Positions 16,294 to 25,152 of a DNA stretch of 25,696 nt are shown piece after piece. The position numbers and the translations under genes are program-made. Numbering within the stretch: position 1 is the first letter of the stretch; each line of letters opens with the position of its first letter. A model generated the notes under the pieces. That model was not told the origin of the DNA, did not search any database, and saw only the letters and a program-made list of their open reading frames with translations. This DNA is from a virus (taxonomy: Duplodnaviria; Caudoviricetes): IMG/VR virus record IMGVR_UViG_3300043473_000090, positions 1-25,696 of that record, one strand, 5' to 3'.

Positions 16294-16670
16294 CCCGAAT
16301 ACTTCCCCGTTACCTTGTCGATCGTCTTGTCGATCTCGCGCACCGCCGCCTGCTCGTTCGATTCGAGCGCCGGCGCGAGCGTGCGACCACCCGCCACGAA
16401 CGGGCGCCCACGTGAGCCACCGAACTCGATCCAACTCGCATACGCGAGCCCGGCGCCGAGCTCGACTGCGTGCCCGCCTCGGATCGAATCGACCCGCACC
16501 GACGAACGCAACCGGCCCGATAGCACCGGCTGCGCCGAAGCGGTCGCCGAGCGGATCGCCGCCGCCGGCTTCGCGGTGGCATCTTCGGCCTCCCGATCGA
16601 GCTCGCGAGCGCACGCGGCGAAATTGCGTTTGAGCGCCGGCACACCTTCGAGCTCGACATCGCTACTCAT
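16290..16670 (-). CDS. HK97 gp10-like tail completion/neck protein
   Basis: Signature motifs 'PVLSGRLRSSV' and 'YASWIEFGG'. Confidence 0.8.
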   Translation of the reverse strand: MSSDVELEGVPALKRNFAACARELDREAEDATAKPAAAIRSATASAQPVLSGRLRSSVRVDSIRGGHAVELGAGLAYASWIEFGGSRGRPFVAGGRTLAPALESNEQAAVREIDKTIDKVTGKYSG

Positions 16671-17083
16671 ACTTCGGTGAGTGTCGGCGGGCCCACGCAC
16701 GCCCACTCGATCTCGACTTCGCTCGGTTCGCCGGCGGTGCCGCCGATGATTGTGTACGGCGTCGGGATCACTTCGACCGTGATGAGCGGATTCGTCGGCC
16801 CGACGGCGACGCCTCGTTTCGGCAGCACCGTGACGGTGACCGGATCGCGGGTGAGCGTGAGATCCCACAACGTCTCATGCGTGCCGAGCGCATCGAACGA
16901 CTGGTAGAGCGTCGCGTTGAACGACCATTTCGTCGTCCCGGGATACTCGGCGGCGCCGCACATCGTCTTGATCTCGGTCGTCTCGGTGTCGGGCTCGATC
17001 GCGATCTCGTTCACGAGGCAATCCATCGTCACATCGTTGATCGTCACTTCGGCATTGAGAATTAGTGGCAGCGGTTCGGGCAT
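16667..17083 (-). CDS. Major tail (tube) protein (138 aa)
   Basis: Beta-rich acidic protein with 'PTNP' and a C-terminal 'W..VGPPT'. RBS GGAG. Follows the terminator gene. Confidence 0.75.
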   Translation of the reverse strand: MPEPLPLILNAEVTINDVTMDCLVNEIAIEPDTETTEIKTMCGAAEYPGTTKWSFNATLYQSFDALGTHETLWDLTLTRDPVTVTVLPKRGVAVGPTNPLITVEVIPTPYTIIGGTAGEPSEVEIEWACVGPPTLTEV

Positions 17084-17099
17084 CGCACGTCTCCGGTCG

Positions 17100-17462
17100 T
17101 TAGGTGATGAGCTCGATCACGACTTCGCATGTGTAGAGATCGGCGCCGGCGACATTCACCGAGCCGAAGTTTCGGGCACGGCGCGGCATCACGCCGCCGA
17201 TGCCTTTGACCATCGTCGGCACGCCGGTGAACGATGCGAGCCGCATGAGCTCGACTTCGCCGTCGGGTGATCGTGCGGTGAACAGTCGAACGATCGCGGT
17301 GTAGCCGTCCAAGCACGCGGTGCGCCCGTAGTCGATCTCGTCGGGAAACTCGACGACCGCCGCCGGCGGCGAGATCGACGGCGGGTAACTCTCGTGCGTG
17401 CGCACACCTGCCGCGATCAACGCCTCGGCGAGCTCGTGCCGCACGGTGATGTAATCGCTCAT
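17100..17462 (-). CDS. Tail terminator-like protein (120 aa)
   Basis: 'YPPSISPPAAVV...IDY' and position before the major tail protein. Confidence 0.65.
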   Translation of the reverse strand: MSDYITVRHELAEALIAAGVRTHESYPPSISPPAAVVEFPDEIDYGRTACLDGYTAIVRLFTARSPDGEVELMRLASFTGVPTMVKGIGGVMPRRARNFGSVNVAGADLYTCEVVIELIT

Positions 17463-17791
17463 GCGACCGGAATCCTGCGATAGCCGGCGAGCAGTCGCAC
17501 GACATCGACGTCGTTGCGTGCGATCGTCACAATGCCGGCGTCGCCGAAACCGACCGTGCCGTCGAGCGAGTTGCGCCGCTGCCACAACCGGCCCTCAAAG
17601 AGCAGCGCGGCTTCGGCGACGGGCTCGGGCACGTCGTCGGGCCCGGCCCATTCGTCGGTGCGGTCGCAAATGATGCGAATCGACGGCGGCACCGCGGCGA
17701 CGAGCTCGGCGAGCGTCGCCGCTTCGCTTGTGCTCGGCGACGCGATGTTCACCCACCGCGATAGCCGCTCGACGTCGGGCCAATCTGCCAC
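17459..17791 (-). CDS. Head-tail connector/adaptor (gp6/gp15-like)
   Basis: 'VPEPVAEAALLFEGRLWQRRNSLDG...DVDVVRLLAGYR'. Directly after the capsid gene. Confidence 0.8.
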   Translation of the reverse strand: MADWPDVERLSRWVNIASPSTSEAATLAELVAAVPPSIRIICDRTDEWAGPDDVPEPVAEAALLFEGRLWQRRNSLDGTVGFGDAGIVTIARNDVDVVRLLAGYRRIPVA

Positions 17792-17793
17792 GG

Positions 17794-19020
17794 TCAGACG
17801 ATCGTGAGAGTTACTTCGGCGATCGCCGGCGGGATCATCACGGTGAACGCCCACCGGCCCTCGGCGAGCAGCGTGAGCACGTTACGAATGAATGTGTCGG
17901 CATGCTCTTCGCCGATGCGCATCACGGTCTGCTCGCGGTCCCACAACGTGCACGAGCTCGCGAAGTCGCTCACGTAGAGCTTGTCGGCCGGTGCGTTGAT
18001 ATCGGCGACGAGCGGCACACCGAACATCGACGTGACACGTGCGAGATCGCCCATCGCGTTCACCATGTAGCCGCCTGCCGTCGAGCTCCCGGTGACAAGC
18101 GTCGCGAGCGTCGTCGGATTGCCGATGATGCCGTTCGGCGCGTAGCCGAGCGACTCGACCGCGGTGATCGCTTCGAGCACGACGCCGGGCCCGGCGGTGC
18201 CGGTGATCGGTGTCGTCGCCGTTTGTGCGTCGAGCCCGCGGATTTCGCCGCCGATGCCCGAGCCCATGACCACCTGCTGGTCGAGCTTGCGCAGCACGCC
18301 GGCGCGCAAGGTGGTGTCGATGTGGGATTGCAGGTAACTCGCGTCGGCGAGCGCCTGCCGAGTGACCTGCACCCAATGCGCGATGGTGACGACCGGCGCC
18401 GTTTGCGGCTGCAAATCGAGCGTCGCCTCGGGCTTCGCGACGTTTTCGGGCACGACGCCGGCGACCGGGATCGCCGCTTCGGTGATGTAGTACACGGTGT
18501 CGTTCGACACCGAGCCGCGGCCCACGACCGAAAGAGCGCCGTAGGGTCGCTCGGCCGGCGCGATCGGGCCCGCCGGTGTGAACGTCTGCTGCGATGGCGT
18601 CGAATTCGTGATCACCGCACGATCGAAGAGCGTGCCGTCGAGATGCAGCGCCCGCGACTCGCCGGTCGTGAGGAAATGAGCGGCGACACCTTCACGCACG
18701 AACGTCTCGCCGATCGAGCTCGCCGCCGGCGCCTCGTCGGCACGTGCGAGCACGCCTGCGCCGTTCGGTGCCGGGTGCTGCTCGACCGCGGCATCGGCTG
18801 CCGCGATGATCTCGGTGTATCGCCGGTCGGCGGTGAGCTGCTCGGCGAACTCGGCGATCTGCCGATCGAGCACGACCACCCGCTGCCCGGCCTCGCGCAC
18901 TTGCGCCTCTTCGGCTTCGCTCACGTCGCGATCTTCGGCGACGGCACGCTCGGCGATGCCGGCGGTGAGCACGGCGAGCTGCTCACGCTCGCGACGCATC
19001 TTGTCGAGATAACCATTCAC
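17794..19020 (-). CDS. Major capsid protein, HK97 fold with N-terminal delta (scaffold) domain
   Basis: Coiled-coil N-terminus, 'VPENVAKPE', 'TIAHWVQVTRQALAD' and 'FIRNVLTLLAEGR'. Confidence 0.93.
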   Translation of the reverse strand: MNGYLDKMRREREQLAVLTAGIAERAVAEDRDVSEAEEAQVREAGQRVVVLDRQIAEFAEQLTADRRYTEIIAAADAAVEQHPAPNGAGVLARADEAPAASSIGETFVREGVAAHFLTTGESRALHLDGTLFDRAVITNSTPSQQTFTPAGPIAPAERPYGALSVVGRGSVSNDTVYYITEAAIPVAGVVPENVAKPEATLDLQPQTAPVVTIAHWVQVTRQALADASYLQSHIDTTLRAGVLRKLDQQVVMGSGIGGEIRGLDAQTATTPITGTAGPGVVLEAITAVESLGYAPNGIIGNPTTLATLVTGSSTAGGYMVNAMGDLARVTSMFGVPLVADINAPADKLYVSDFASSCTLWDREQTVMRIGEEHADTFIRNVLTLLAEGRWAFTVMIPPAIAEVTLTIV

Positions 19021-19196
19021 GGCGAACCACCTTCGGCATCACGAAACGAATGTGTGATCTCGCATCGCGGCTCGACGTGGTACCTGCGTATCCGTGCCCA
19101 TCGCGGCTCGTCATGCATCTTGCAGCTATGAGTGCCGCGGCGTGCCGGGCTTCGGATCGGGCCCTAGGTGTGCCGTGCGATCTAGCAAGCGTCACA

Positions 19197-19781
19197 CTAA
19201 GAGCGGGCGCCGAACGTTGCAAGTATCTCGCCGAGAGCGTCGAGCCGCGGTGTGCCGACCGCCACGAGCTCGGGCTCGTCGAGATCCACCGAACGCACCG
19301 ACGTGACGAGCGCGCCGGCGGGCCCGTACACACCCCACGGCACGAGCGACACTTCGATCGGTCGCACCTCGGTGTGCACGAACGTCTTACCCTCGCGCCT
19401 GCCACGCTGCGGGAAAAACCCGATCGAGAGCTCGTCGAGTGTGCCGTCGCGCACCTGCTCGATCACGTCGTCGCCGGCGGCGGTCGCCGACACGCGGAAC
19501 TCGCCGTAGAGACCTTCGCTGCGTTCTTCGAGCAGCGCGCACACACCGACCGGATCGGCACGGCGATGCGACACGCAAAGCTTGATCTTCGAGAACTTCG
19601 CATGCGCGATCGTGCGAGCGAACGCGCCGTGCGCGAACGCCTCGCGGCCCTCGGGTGCGTCAACCGCTGCACCGAACGGCACCGCGATGCCGCACACCGT
19701 GCGACCGACATCGCCGGGCCCGTCGCCGGCGCGCACCACGAGCTCGCCGGCGGGCATTGTGAGAGTGCGAAGATCGCTCAT
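19197..19781 (-). CDS. HK97-family prohead protease
   Basis: 'GIAVPF', 'EAFAHGAF', catalytic His (VSH), 'LSIGF' Ser and 'EVSLV'. Confidence 0.92.
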   Translation of the reverse strand: MSDLRTLTMPAGELVVRAGDGPGDVGRTVCGIAVPFGAAVDAPEGREAFAHGAFARTIAHAKFSKIKLCVSHRRADPVGVCALLEERSEGLYGEFRVSATAAGDDVIEQVRDGTLDELSIGFFPQRGRREGKTFVHTEVRPIEVSLVPWGVYGPAGALVTSVRSVDLDEPELVAVGTPRLDALGEILATFGARS

Positions 19782-20971
19782 GTGACACCTTCCGCGGGTG
19801 AGCCGAGCGGTGCACGATTTTCGAGCTCGCGCACCTCGTCGATCGTGAGAAACCCGGCGGCGATCGCCACCGCATGCGCCTCGTACCGCGTTTTCGTATC
19901 GCTGCGGTAGAGACCATCGAGCACAAAGCGCATTCGCTGCCCACGCGGCAAGTACCGCTCGCACGCATCTTCGACCCGGCGCGCCCACGGCAAGAGCGAG
20001 AATCTGCCGAGCTCGATGAAACGCGACTCGACGTTCGAGTACGTCATCGAGTCGCCGCTCGTCGCACCCACGAACGACGGCGGCACGCCCACCATGAGCG
20101 CCTGCTCTAAGAGCGAGAATTGCTGCGTGCCGAGAAATTGCGCATCCTCGGGCGGCAACGAGAGCGGTGTAAACGTCGTCGTCGCGTTGAGCACCGCGAT
20201 CGAGCGTTCGCCGGAACCATGCGCCGCCATCCACGCCGCTTTGAGCCGCGACGCCTCGTCTTGCGTGAGATCGGGCGCCTCGGATTTGAGCACGCCGGCG
20301 GGCACACCGCCCGAGCCGAACGTCGAAGCCGAGTAGGCGCGCAACGCACCCATGCCGGCGAGCGTCGCCCGATACTGCGCCACGATGCCCATGCCGACCG
20401 GCGAGCCCGGCAACGTGCGAGCTCGCACGTGCAGCACGTCGTCGGGTGCGATCGTCGCCGTGCCGATGCGGTACTCGTCAACGCGGTCGCCGGTGTGCTC
20501 GACGTGCACGAGCTCGGGATTGATCACGTGCAACGGCGGCGTCGGCGCGCCGTCGAAGCCGCGCCTGTCGAGCCACACGTAAGAGTTGCCGTGCAAGAGC
20601 AGCGAAACGATGAGCTGCGAATAGAAATCGAACGGCGTGAGCGAGCCGGGCCCGGCGCCGCCCGGCATGAGCAGCGCGCCGCCGGGGTCGGCGATCCACG
20701 CCGGCGTTGCGACTTGTGTGACGTCGCCGCGGTACACGTGCCGCGGCACACCGGCGAGAGTGTCGGCGATCAACGACACACCGCGCCCGATGCCGGCGAA
20801 GCCGAGCGCACCACCGCCGGCGCCGGGATCGAGCACGTTGAACGCGCCGTTCGTCGGATTCGACCACCACAAGAGTGAGCCGCCGGCGAGAGCGTTGATC
20901 GCGCCGCCCGGCGGCGCCTCGGGCGGCGGCATCGACGTCGAAGCACGTTGCATGAGCTTGCCGAAGATCAC
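19778..20971 (-). CDS. Portal protein, HK97 family
   Basis: 'LLLHGNSY', 'DDVLHVR', 'PEDAQFL', 'GVPPSFVG...TYSNVE' and 'GFLTIDEVRELEN'. Confidence 0.93.
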   Translation of the reverse strand: MIFGKLMQRASTSMPPPEAPPGGAINALAGGSLLWWSNPTNGAFNVLDPGAGGGALGFAGIGRGVSLIADTLAGVPRHVYRGDVTQVATPAWIADPGGALLMPGGAGPGSLTPFDFYSQLIVSLLLHGNSYVWLDRRGFDGAPTPPLHVINPELVHVEHTGDRVDEYRIGTATIAPDDVLHVRARTLPGSPVGMGIVAQYRATLAGMGALRAYSASTFGSGGVPAGVLKSEAPDLTQDEASRLKAAWMAAHGSGERSIAVLNATTTFTPLSLPPEDAQFLGTQQFSLLEQALMVGVPPSFVGATSGDSMTYSNVESRFIELGRFSLLPWARRVEDACERYLPRGQRMRFVLDGLYRSDTKTRYEAHAVAIAAGFLTIDEVRELENRAPLGSPAEGVT

Positions 20972-21156
20972 GACGGCACCCGCTCACGGTGTCGAGCTGG
21001 TCGCCCGGCACCTTCGAGCGCGACGCCGGCGACGGCGACGAGCACGCCTGCCACGATCAACGCCGCCGCCACCGACACCATCGCGACACCGATCACGATC
21101 AAAGCGAAACCGACGAGCTCGACGGCGAGCGCCGCAGCACCGAACATGGCGCACAT
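20968..21156 (-). CDS. Small membrane protein preceding the portal (alternative start 21147)
   Basis: Two hydrophobic segments. GTGA overlap with the portal start. Confidence 0.65.
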   Translation of the reverse strand: MCAMFGAAALAVELVGFALIVIGVAMVSVAAALIVAGVLVAVAGVALEGAGRPARHRERVPS

Positions 21157-21253
21157 GATTGCACACAAGCGCGCCGGCGGCGCGCCGCTCTCGAACGGCG
21201 CGCCGTCGGTTGTGCATCCGCGGCACCGAGCCGGTGCGAGCGGGAGGATCACA

Positions 21254-21712
21254 TTAGCGGCGAGCTCGTAGCCTCGCGAGTCGTGCGAGCACCGACCGGC
21301 GAGTGACGCCGCCGGGTGCGCGCACGAGCCCGCCCTCGCCACGTGAGAGCAGCGAATCGACCGTGCCCCGCGTGACGTCGAGCACCGCCGCGGCGTAGTC
21401 GATTGTCAACACATCGTCAACACCGAGCACGCCGCCGACGAGCTCGCCGAGCGGCGTGCGCCACCAATCGGGCGCCGGGCCCGCCGGGTGCAGCACGTCG
21501 AGCAGCGCTTCGGCGAATCGCGCCGCGGCATCGCCGTCGAGCTCGCCGACGATCCAACGCACCCGCGCATTGGATGCCGGCGCCACGCGCATGCCGATCG
21601 CCCGCCACACTTCGGCGCGGTCGGCGAGCTCGGCGCCGAGCTGCTCGGCGGCGGCGGATCGAGCCGCGCCGTGCCGCGGCAGCGGGTGCGGTTGCTTCGC
21701 GGCGGTCCTCAC
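21254..21712 (-). CDS. Putative DNA-binding protein with C-terminal HTH (152 aa)
   Basis: GTGA overlap. 'PDWWRTPLG' is followed by 'LTIDYAAAVLDVTRGTVDSLLSRG', a MerR/Xis-like HTH. Confidence 0.7.
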   Translation of the reverse strand: MRTAAKQPHPLPRHGAARSAAAEQLGAELADRAEVWRAIGMRVAPASNARVRWIVGELDGDAAARFAEALLDVLHPAGPAPDWWRTPLGELVGGVLGVDDVLTIDYAAAVLDVTRGTVDSLLSRGEGGLVRAPGGVTRRSVLARLARLRARR

Positions 21713-21969
21713 GCGGCATCGACCGCCGTGATGAGCTCGAACACCGACTCGTAAACCGAGCGGTAGGCGAGCTCGGCGCCGCGGTAGGCGCCGACGTGAT
21801 CGGTGCCGGCGGCGAGCGCCACGGTGGCGAGACGCACACCGTCGAGCAGCATCTCGTCGGCGGCGTCGGCGAGCTCGGTGCCGCGCACCGAACGCACGAT
21901 GTCGTCGGCGGCGGTTTCGGCGCCGATCATCGCGGCTCGGGCGATGGTGAACTCGTCGGTGCGTGCCAT
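21709..21969 (-). CDS. Hypothetical protein (86 aa, MARTDEFTIAR...)
   Basis: RBS GAAAGG upstream of the ATG. Has its own promoter ~50 bp upstream. Confidence 0.7.
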   Translation of the reverse strand: MARTDEFTIARAAMIGAETAADDIVRSVRGTELADAADEMLLDGVRLATVALAAGTDHVGAYRGAELAYRSVYESVFELITAVDAA

Positions 21970-22015
21970 GTGTCGGGCCCTTTCGGCTCGGCGGCCCGGT
22001 CGTTCCGGGCACACA

Positions 22016-22061
22016 CTCAATATACCATCTTGACGCCGACTCGTCAAGAGATTCTATTGAG
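22016..22061 (-). promoter_or_regulatory. Sigma-70/SigA promoter TTGACG-N17-TATATT embedded in a 46-bp dyad (operator)
   Basis: -35 at 22042-22047 and -10 at 22019-22024 with an extended TG. Dyad is CTCAATA-N5-TCTTGACG-N6-CGTCAAGA-N5-TATTGAG. Confidence 0.8.
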
Positions 22062-22224
22062 CATCGCTCATTGAGCCGCCGCACGTCGGGCACGTCACCT
22101 CGCGCACGGCGAGCCGATAGCCGTAGTCCACACCGTCATGCCACCCGCTCTCATAGCTCGCATCGGCATCACTCGCGGTGTCGCCGTTGCTCACGGTGTC
22201 GCCGAGCTCGTCGTCGCACGTCAT
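22054..22224 (-). CDS. Small acidic protein with CxxC (56 aa, MTCDDELGD...VTCPTCGGSMSDAQ)
   Basis: Translated by hand. ATGA overlap with the methyltransferase stop. Confidence 0.5.
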   Translation of the reverse strand: MTCDDELGDTVSNGDTASDADASYESGWHDGVDYGYRLAVREVTCPTCGGSMSDAQ

Positions 22225-22898
22225 GCGTCGCACCCAATCGTCGCGAGTAGCTGCGCACCGATGTGCTCGGTGAACGCCGGCGGGATCGCCTGCGTGAGCC
22301 GGTCGTTATCGAGCCAATCAATGCCGAGCGCACGTTGCCGCAGCGCGAGAGTGTCCGCACCACCTTGCAACGTGCCGTGCACACCGACCACCGATGCGAG
22401 CCGGCCCGACTTGCGACCCTTGTTTTCGAGCGATTGAAACCGCGGGACCTGCCACGCGTGATCGCACGCCGGCGCCACGAGCTCGACATTCGATGCGAAC
22501 AAACGATGCCGGCGCACATCGAGCCCGAACGACGAGCCGCACAACGTGATCGAGCCCGCCGGCATCGGCGAGCCCGGCACATTCTCGACCACCCACGGCA
22601 CACCGAGCTCGGCGAAGCGCGCGAGCGTCGGTGTCAACAAATCGTCATGCGGATCGAATAGCCGCAAAGTGTTGCGGTCGCGGTTGCGTGCCGATGTGAA
22701 CCGCTTGCACGGCGGCGACGCGTGCACCGCATCGAAGCCGTCGAGCGGGTAACGCATCGCGTCGGCGCGCACGAACTTGAACGGGTAACTCGGCTGCGGC
22801 ACGTAGTCGATGCCGACCACGGCGAAGCCGGCGCGGTGATAGCCCATAGCTGCACCGCCGCCGCCGCAAAACAAATCGAGCAACACCGGCGCCGGCAT
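22221..22898 (-). CDS. C5-cytosine DNA methyltransferase (short phage type)
   Basis: Motif I LDLFCGGGG, motif IV SPPC, motif VI ENV, motif VIII RHRLF and C-terminal QAIPP. Confidence 0.9.
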   Translation of the reverse strand: MPAPVLLDLFCGGGGAAMGYHRAGFAVVGIDYVPQPSYPFKFVRADAMRYPLDGFDAVHASPPCKRFTSARNRDRNTLRLFDPHDDLLTPTLARFAELGVPWVVENVPGSPMPAGSITLCGSSFGLDVRRHRLFASNVELVAPACDHAWQVPRFQSLENKGRKSGRLASVVGVHGTLQGGADTLALRQRALGIDWLDNDRLTQAIPPAFTEHIGAQLLATIGCDA

Positions 22899-24340
22899 CA
22901 GAAGATCGCCGGGCGCGGCGGGCCCGCCGGCGCGAGCGACGCCGCCCACCACGCGAGCGACGCCGCCACAAGCGGCGAAATATCCGCGCTTGGATCGGCA
23001 CGCACCCACCGAAACACGTCGCCGCTGCGGCCCTTGCGCGCGAGCTCGACCGCACGATCAAGCCGAGCCGACACACGCACCGCGACCATGCCGTGCGACA
23101 CCGCATCGTCGAAGAGCGCCGCCGCCTGCGCCCGCTCACGCGCCGACACTTCGACCACCGCGACATTGCGAGCGGCGAGCGCCTTACCGACCGTCGCCGC
23201 CTGCGACGAGGGATCGACCACCACCGAGCCGCCGTAGCGCCCGACGAGCTCGGCGCAGCGGCCCACCGCCCAATCGACGCCGGCGCCATCGGCGACGACT
23301 TCGACCGCCGGCGGCGACACCGACGCCGCGACGATCGTCGCCGACGTTCGCTCCGGCGGCACATCGACACCGAAACGCACCGCGCCCGCCGGCGCCGCCG
23401 AGCTCGACCGCACACGCGCCCACGCGGCAGCGTCGATGCGGTCGGCGAGCGCGACGTCGAGCTCGCGGTCGTCGTCCCATTGGCACAAATACTCGCGGCG
23501 GAAATCGAGCTCGGGCATCGTCGCCGCCGCATCGGCGACCGCCTGCGACGTCACACCGCCGGCGAGATCGAGAGTCGGCATCGCCTCACGCCACGCGCCA
23601 CGATCCAACACGTCACACTCGGGATCGCCCGGCGCCCACTCGATCCAACACACCCGGCCCGGCGTCACACCTGCCGCGCCCGAGCTCGCACGACCGAGAT
23701 CGCGGTAATGCCGGAACATCGCCGCCCGCTCGTCGCCGGCGTTGCCGAGCAACCACACCTGCGCATTCGGCCTCGTCGCCATCGTCGGCATGAGCGCAGC
23801 GATCACCGCCATCGTCTCAATCATCAACGCCTCGTCGATCACGATGAGATCGTTCGCGCGACCGCGGCCAGACTTGCGGCCCGGCGTCGTGATCCCGAAC
23901 CGGCCACCCGTCGTGAGCGTCAAATGCTCTTGACCGTTCGAGCGCGACCACCGCGCCACCATCGCCGGCGGCAACCGCTCGACGAGTAGCTCGGTGTATT
24001 CCGACCATTTCTCGCGAGCGAAAATGCGATCCTGCGCGGTGAACGCAGCGCGCCCACCGCGCAGCATCTCCGCGACGATGCGCCCGGCGACGAGCGACGT
24101 CTTACCTTGCTGCCGCGACACACACACACCGACCGTGCCGAAGCGGTAGCCGCCGCCGGCGACACGCTCGGTCGCGACGTCGGCGACCGTTTGCTGCCAT
24201 GCGAACGGCGCCCACCCAAGCCGGCGCATGATCTCGCCGATCGCCGCGCCGTCGTTCGGCGCGCCGCTACTGCTCGGCGACCATTTCGCCGGCACGCAAC
24301 TCGCCGACGAGATCTCCCCAAGATTCGCCGTCGCCGTCAT
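22898..24340 (-). CDS. terL: Terminase large subunit (start uncertain: 24346, 24340 or 24295)
   Basis: 'FAWQQ', Walker A SRQQGKT, Walker B LIVIDEA, coupling motif GNAG, FRREYLCQW, nuclease GVD and DISPLVA. Confidence 0.92.
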   Translation of the reverse strand: MTATANLGEISSASCVPAKWSPSSSGAPNDGAAIGEIMRRLGWAPFAWQQTVADVATERVAGGGYRFGTVGVCVSRQQGKTSLVAGRIVAEMLRGGRAAFTAQDRIFAREKWSEYTELLVERLPPAMVARWSRSNGQEHLTLTTGGRFGITTPGRKSGRGRANDLIVIDEALMIETMAVIAALMPTMATRPNAQVWLLGNAGDERAAMFRHYRDLGRASSGAAGVTPGRVCWIEWAPGDPECDVLDRGAWREAMPTLDLAGGVTSQAVADAAATMPELDFRREYLCQWDDDRELDVALADRIDAAAWARVRSSSAAPAGAVRFGVDVPPERTSATIVAASVSPPAVEVVADGAGVDWAVGRCAELVGRYGGSVVVDPSSQAATVGKALAARNVAVVEVSARERAQAAALFDDAVSHGMVAVRVSARLDRAVELARKGRSGDVFRWVRADPSADISPLVAASLAWWAASLAPAGPPRPAIF

Positions 24341-24626
24341 CGTCATCACCTCCCGACGAGCTCGGCGCCGCCGCCGCCGGCACACCGCACCCGGCAACGA
24401 TCCTGCCGATGCAATCGAGATAGCGCGCCGAGATCGACGCCACCGCACGCGGCACACCTTCGAGCTCGATGTCGTCCCACGCTTGCGCGATGCCGATGAG
24501 CGACCGCGCCAGTAACGACCATTCGGCGCCGCCACCGCGCCACGTCGGCGCGAGCTCGACGAGCGCACGGCGCGCCACCGTCGCATGCTTCGCCGTGCGA
24601 CCACCACGCGCGCCCGTCACCGTCAT
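24267..24626 (-). CDS. terS: Terminase small subunit (putative, 119 aa)
   Basis: Immediately upstream of and overlapping terL. Helical, with an acidic C-terminus ending 'GELRAG'. Confidence 0.65.
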   Translation of the reverse strand: MTVTGARGGRTAKHATVARRALVELAPTWRGGGAEWSLLARSLIGIAQAWDDIELEGVPRAVASISARYLDCIGRIVAGCGVPAAAAPSSSGGDDDDGDGESWGDLVGELRAGEMVAEQ

Positions 24627-24718
24627 CGCGGCATCACCGCAAAGAGCAGCGCGAGCGCCGCGTCGAGCAGCAGCAGCGCGATAACAATCGCGGTCAAGAC
24701 TTGACCCACCCGGCGCAT
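24623..24718 (-). CDS. 31-aa transmembrane peptide MRRVGQVLTAIVIALLLLDAALALLFAVMPR
   Basis: Translated by hand. TGATG overlap with the HNH stop and ATGA overlap with the terS start. Confidence 0.5.
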   Translation of the reverse strand: MRRVGQVLTAIVIALLLLDAALALLFAVMPR

Positions 24719-24981
24719 CACCACCGCCGACTCGGCTTCGACGCCGCACGCGCCTCGCCCGCAATCCGCCCGCCCTCACCACGATTACACCGCGCACACT
24801 CGGGACGAATCGAGCAGCACCCCGAACCGGCGACGTGATAGTGCAACGCGAGCGCCGGCGAATGCCCCACATCGGTCGCACGCCGAACACCGCACGAGCT
24901 GCACCGAACAACGCGAGCACGCAGGATCGCCGAGAGCTGCCGATGCGCCGCCTCGCGATACGCGGGATGCGGCGAGCTCAT
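24718..24981 (-). CDS. HNH endonuclease-like protein (terminase-associated, 87 aa)
   Basis: CSSC...DVGH...ECARCNRGEG and C-terminal PSRRW. Upstream of terS. Confidence 0.75.
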   Translation of the reverse strand: MSSPHPAYREAAHRQLSAILRARVVRCSSCGVRRATDVGHSPALALHYHVAGSGCCSIRPECARCNRGEGGRIAGEARAASKPSRRW

Positions 24982-25088
24982 CGGGTGCCGCCCCGCGACA
25001 TACACGCCGCGCACAAATACACATCGCGCAACGGCGGCGTCGTCACAATCTGCACACCGCACCCCGAACACCGCACGATCGCCGTCAT
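24978..25088 (-). CDS. 36-aa zinc-ribbon peptide MTAIVRCSGCGVQIVTTPPLRDVYLCAACMSRGGTR
   Basis: Translated by hand. Two CxxC motifs and ATGA overlaps on both sides. Confidence 0.5.
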   Translation of the reverse strand: MTAIVRCSGCGVQIVTTPPLRDVYLCAACMSRGGTR

Positions 25089-25152
25089 TCGCCGAGCTCG
25101 ATCGTCGCATCAATGCGCACGGCATCGACCGGGATCGGCAGCGCCGGCGAGC

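Noticed and set aside
17728-19131. 467-aa plus-strand ORF and other long antisense ORFs (e.g. 15200-16252, 11460-12320, 23093-23989)
   Set aside because: These are shadow frames of well-supported minus-strand genes in high-GC DNA, Arg-rich and without motifs.
22030-22058. Mirror plus-strand promoter created by the dyad (TTGACG-17-TCTATT)
   Set aside because: The -10 lacks the critical A at its second position and no plus-strand gene follows.
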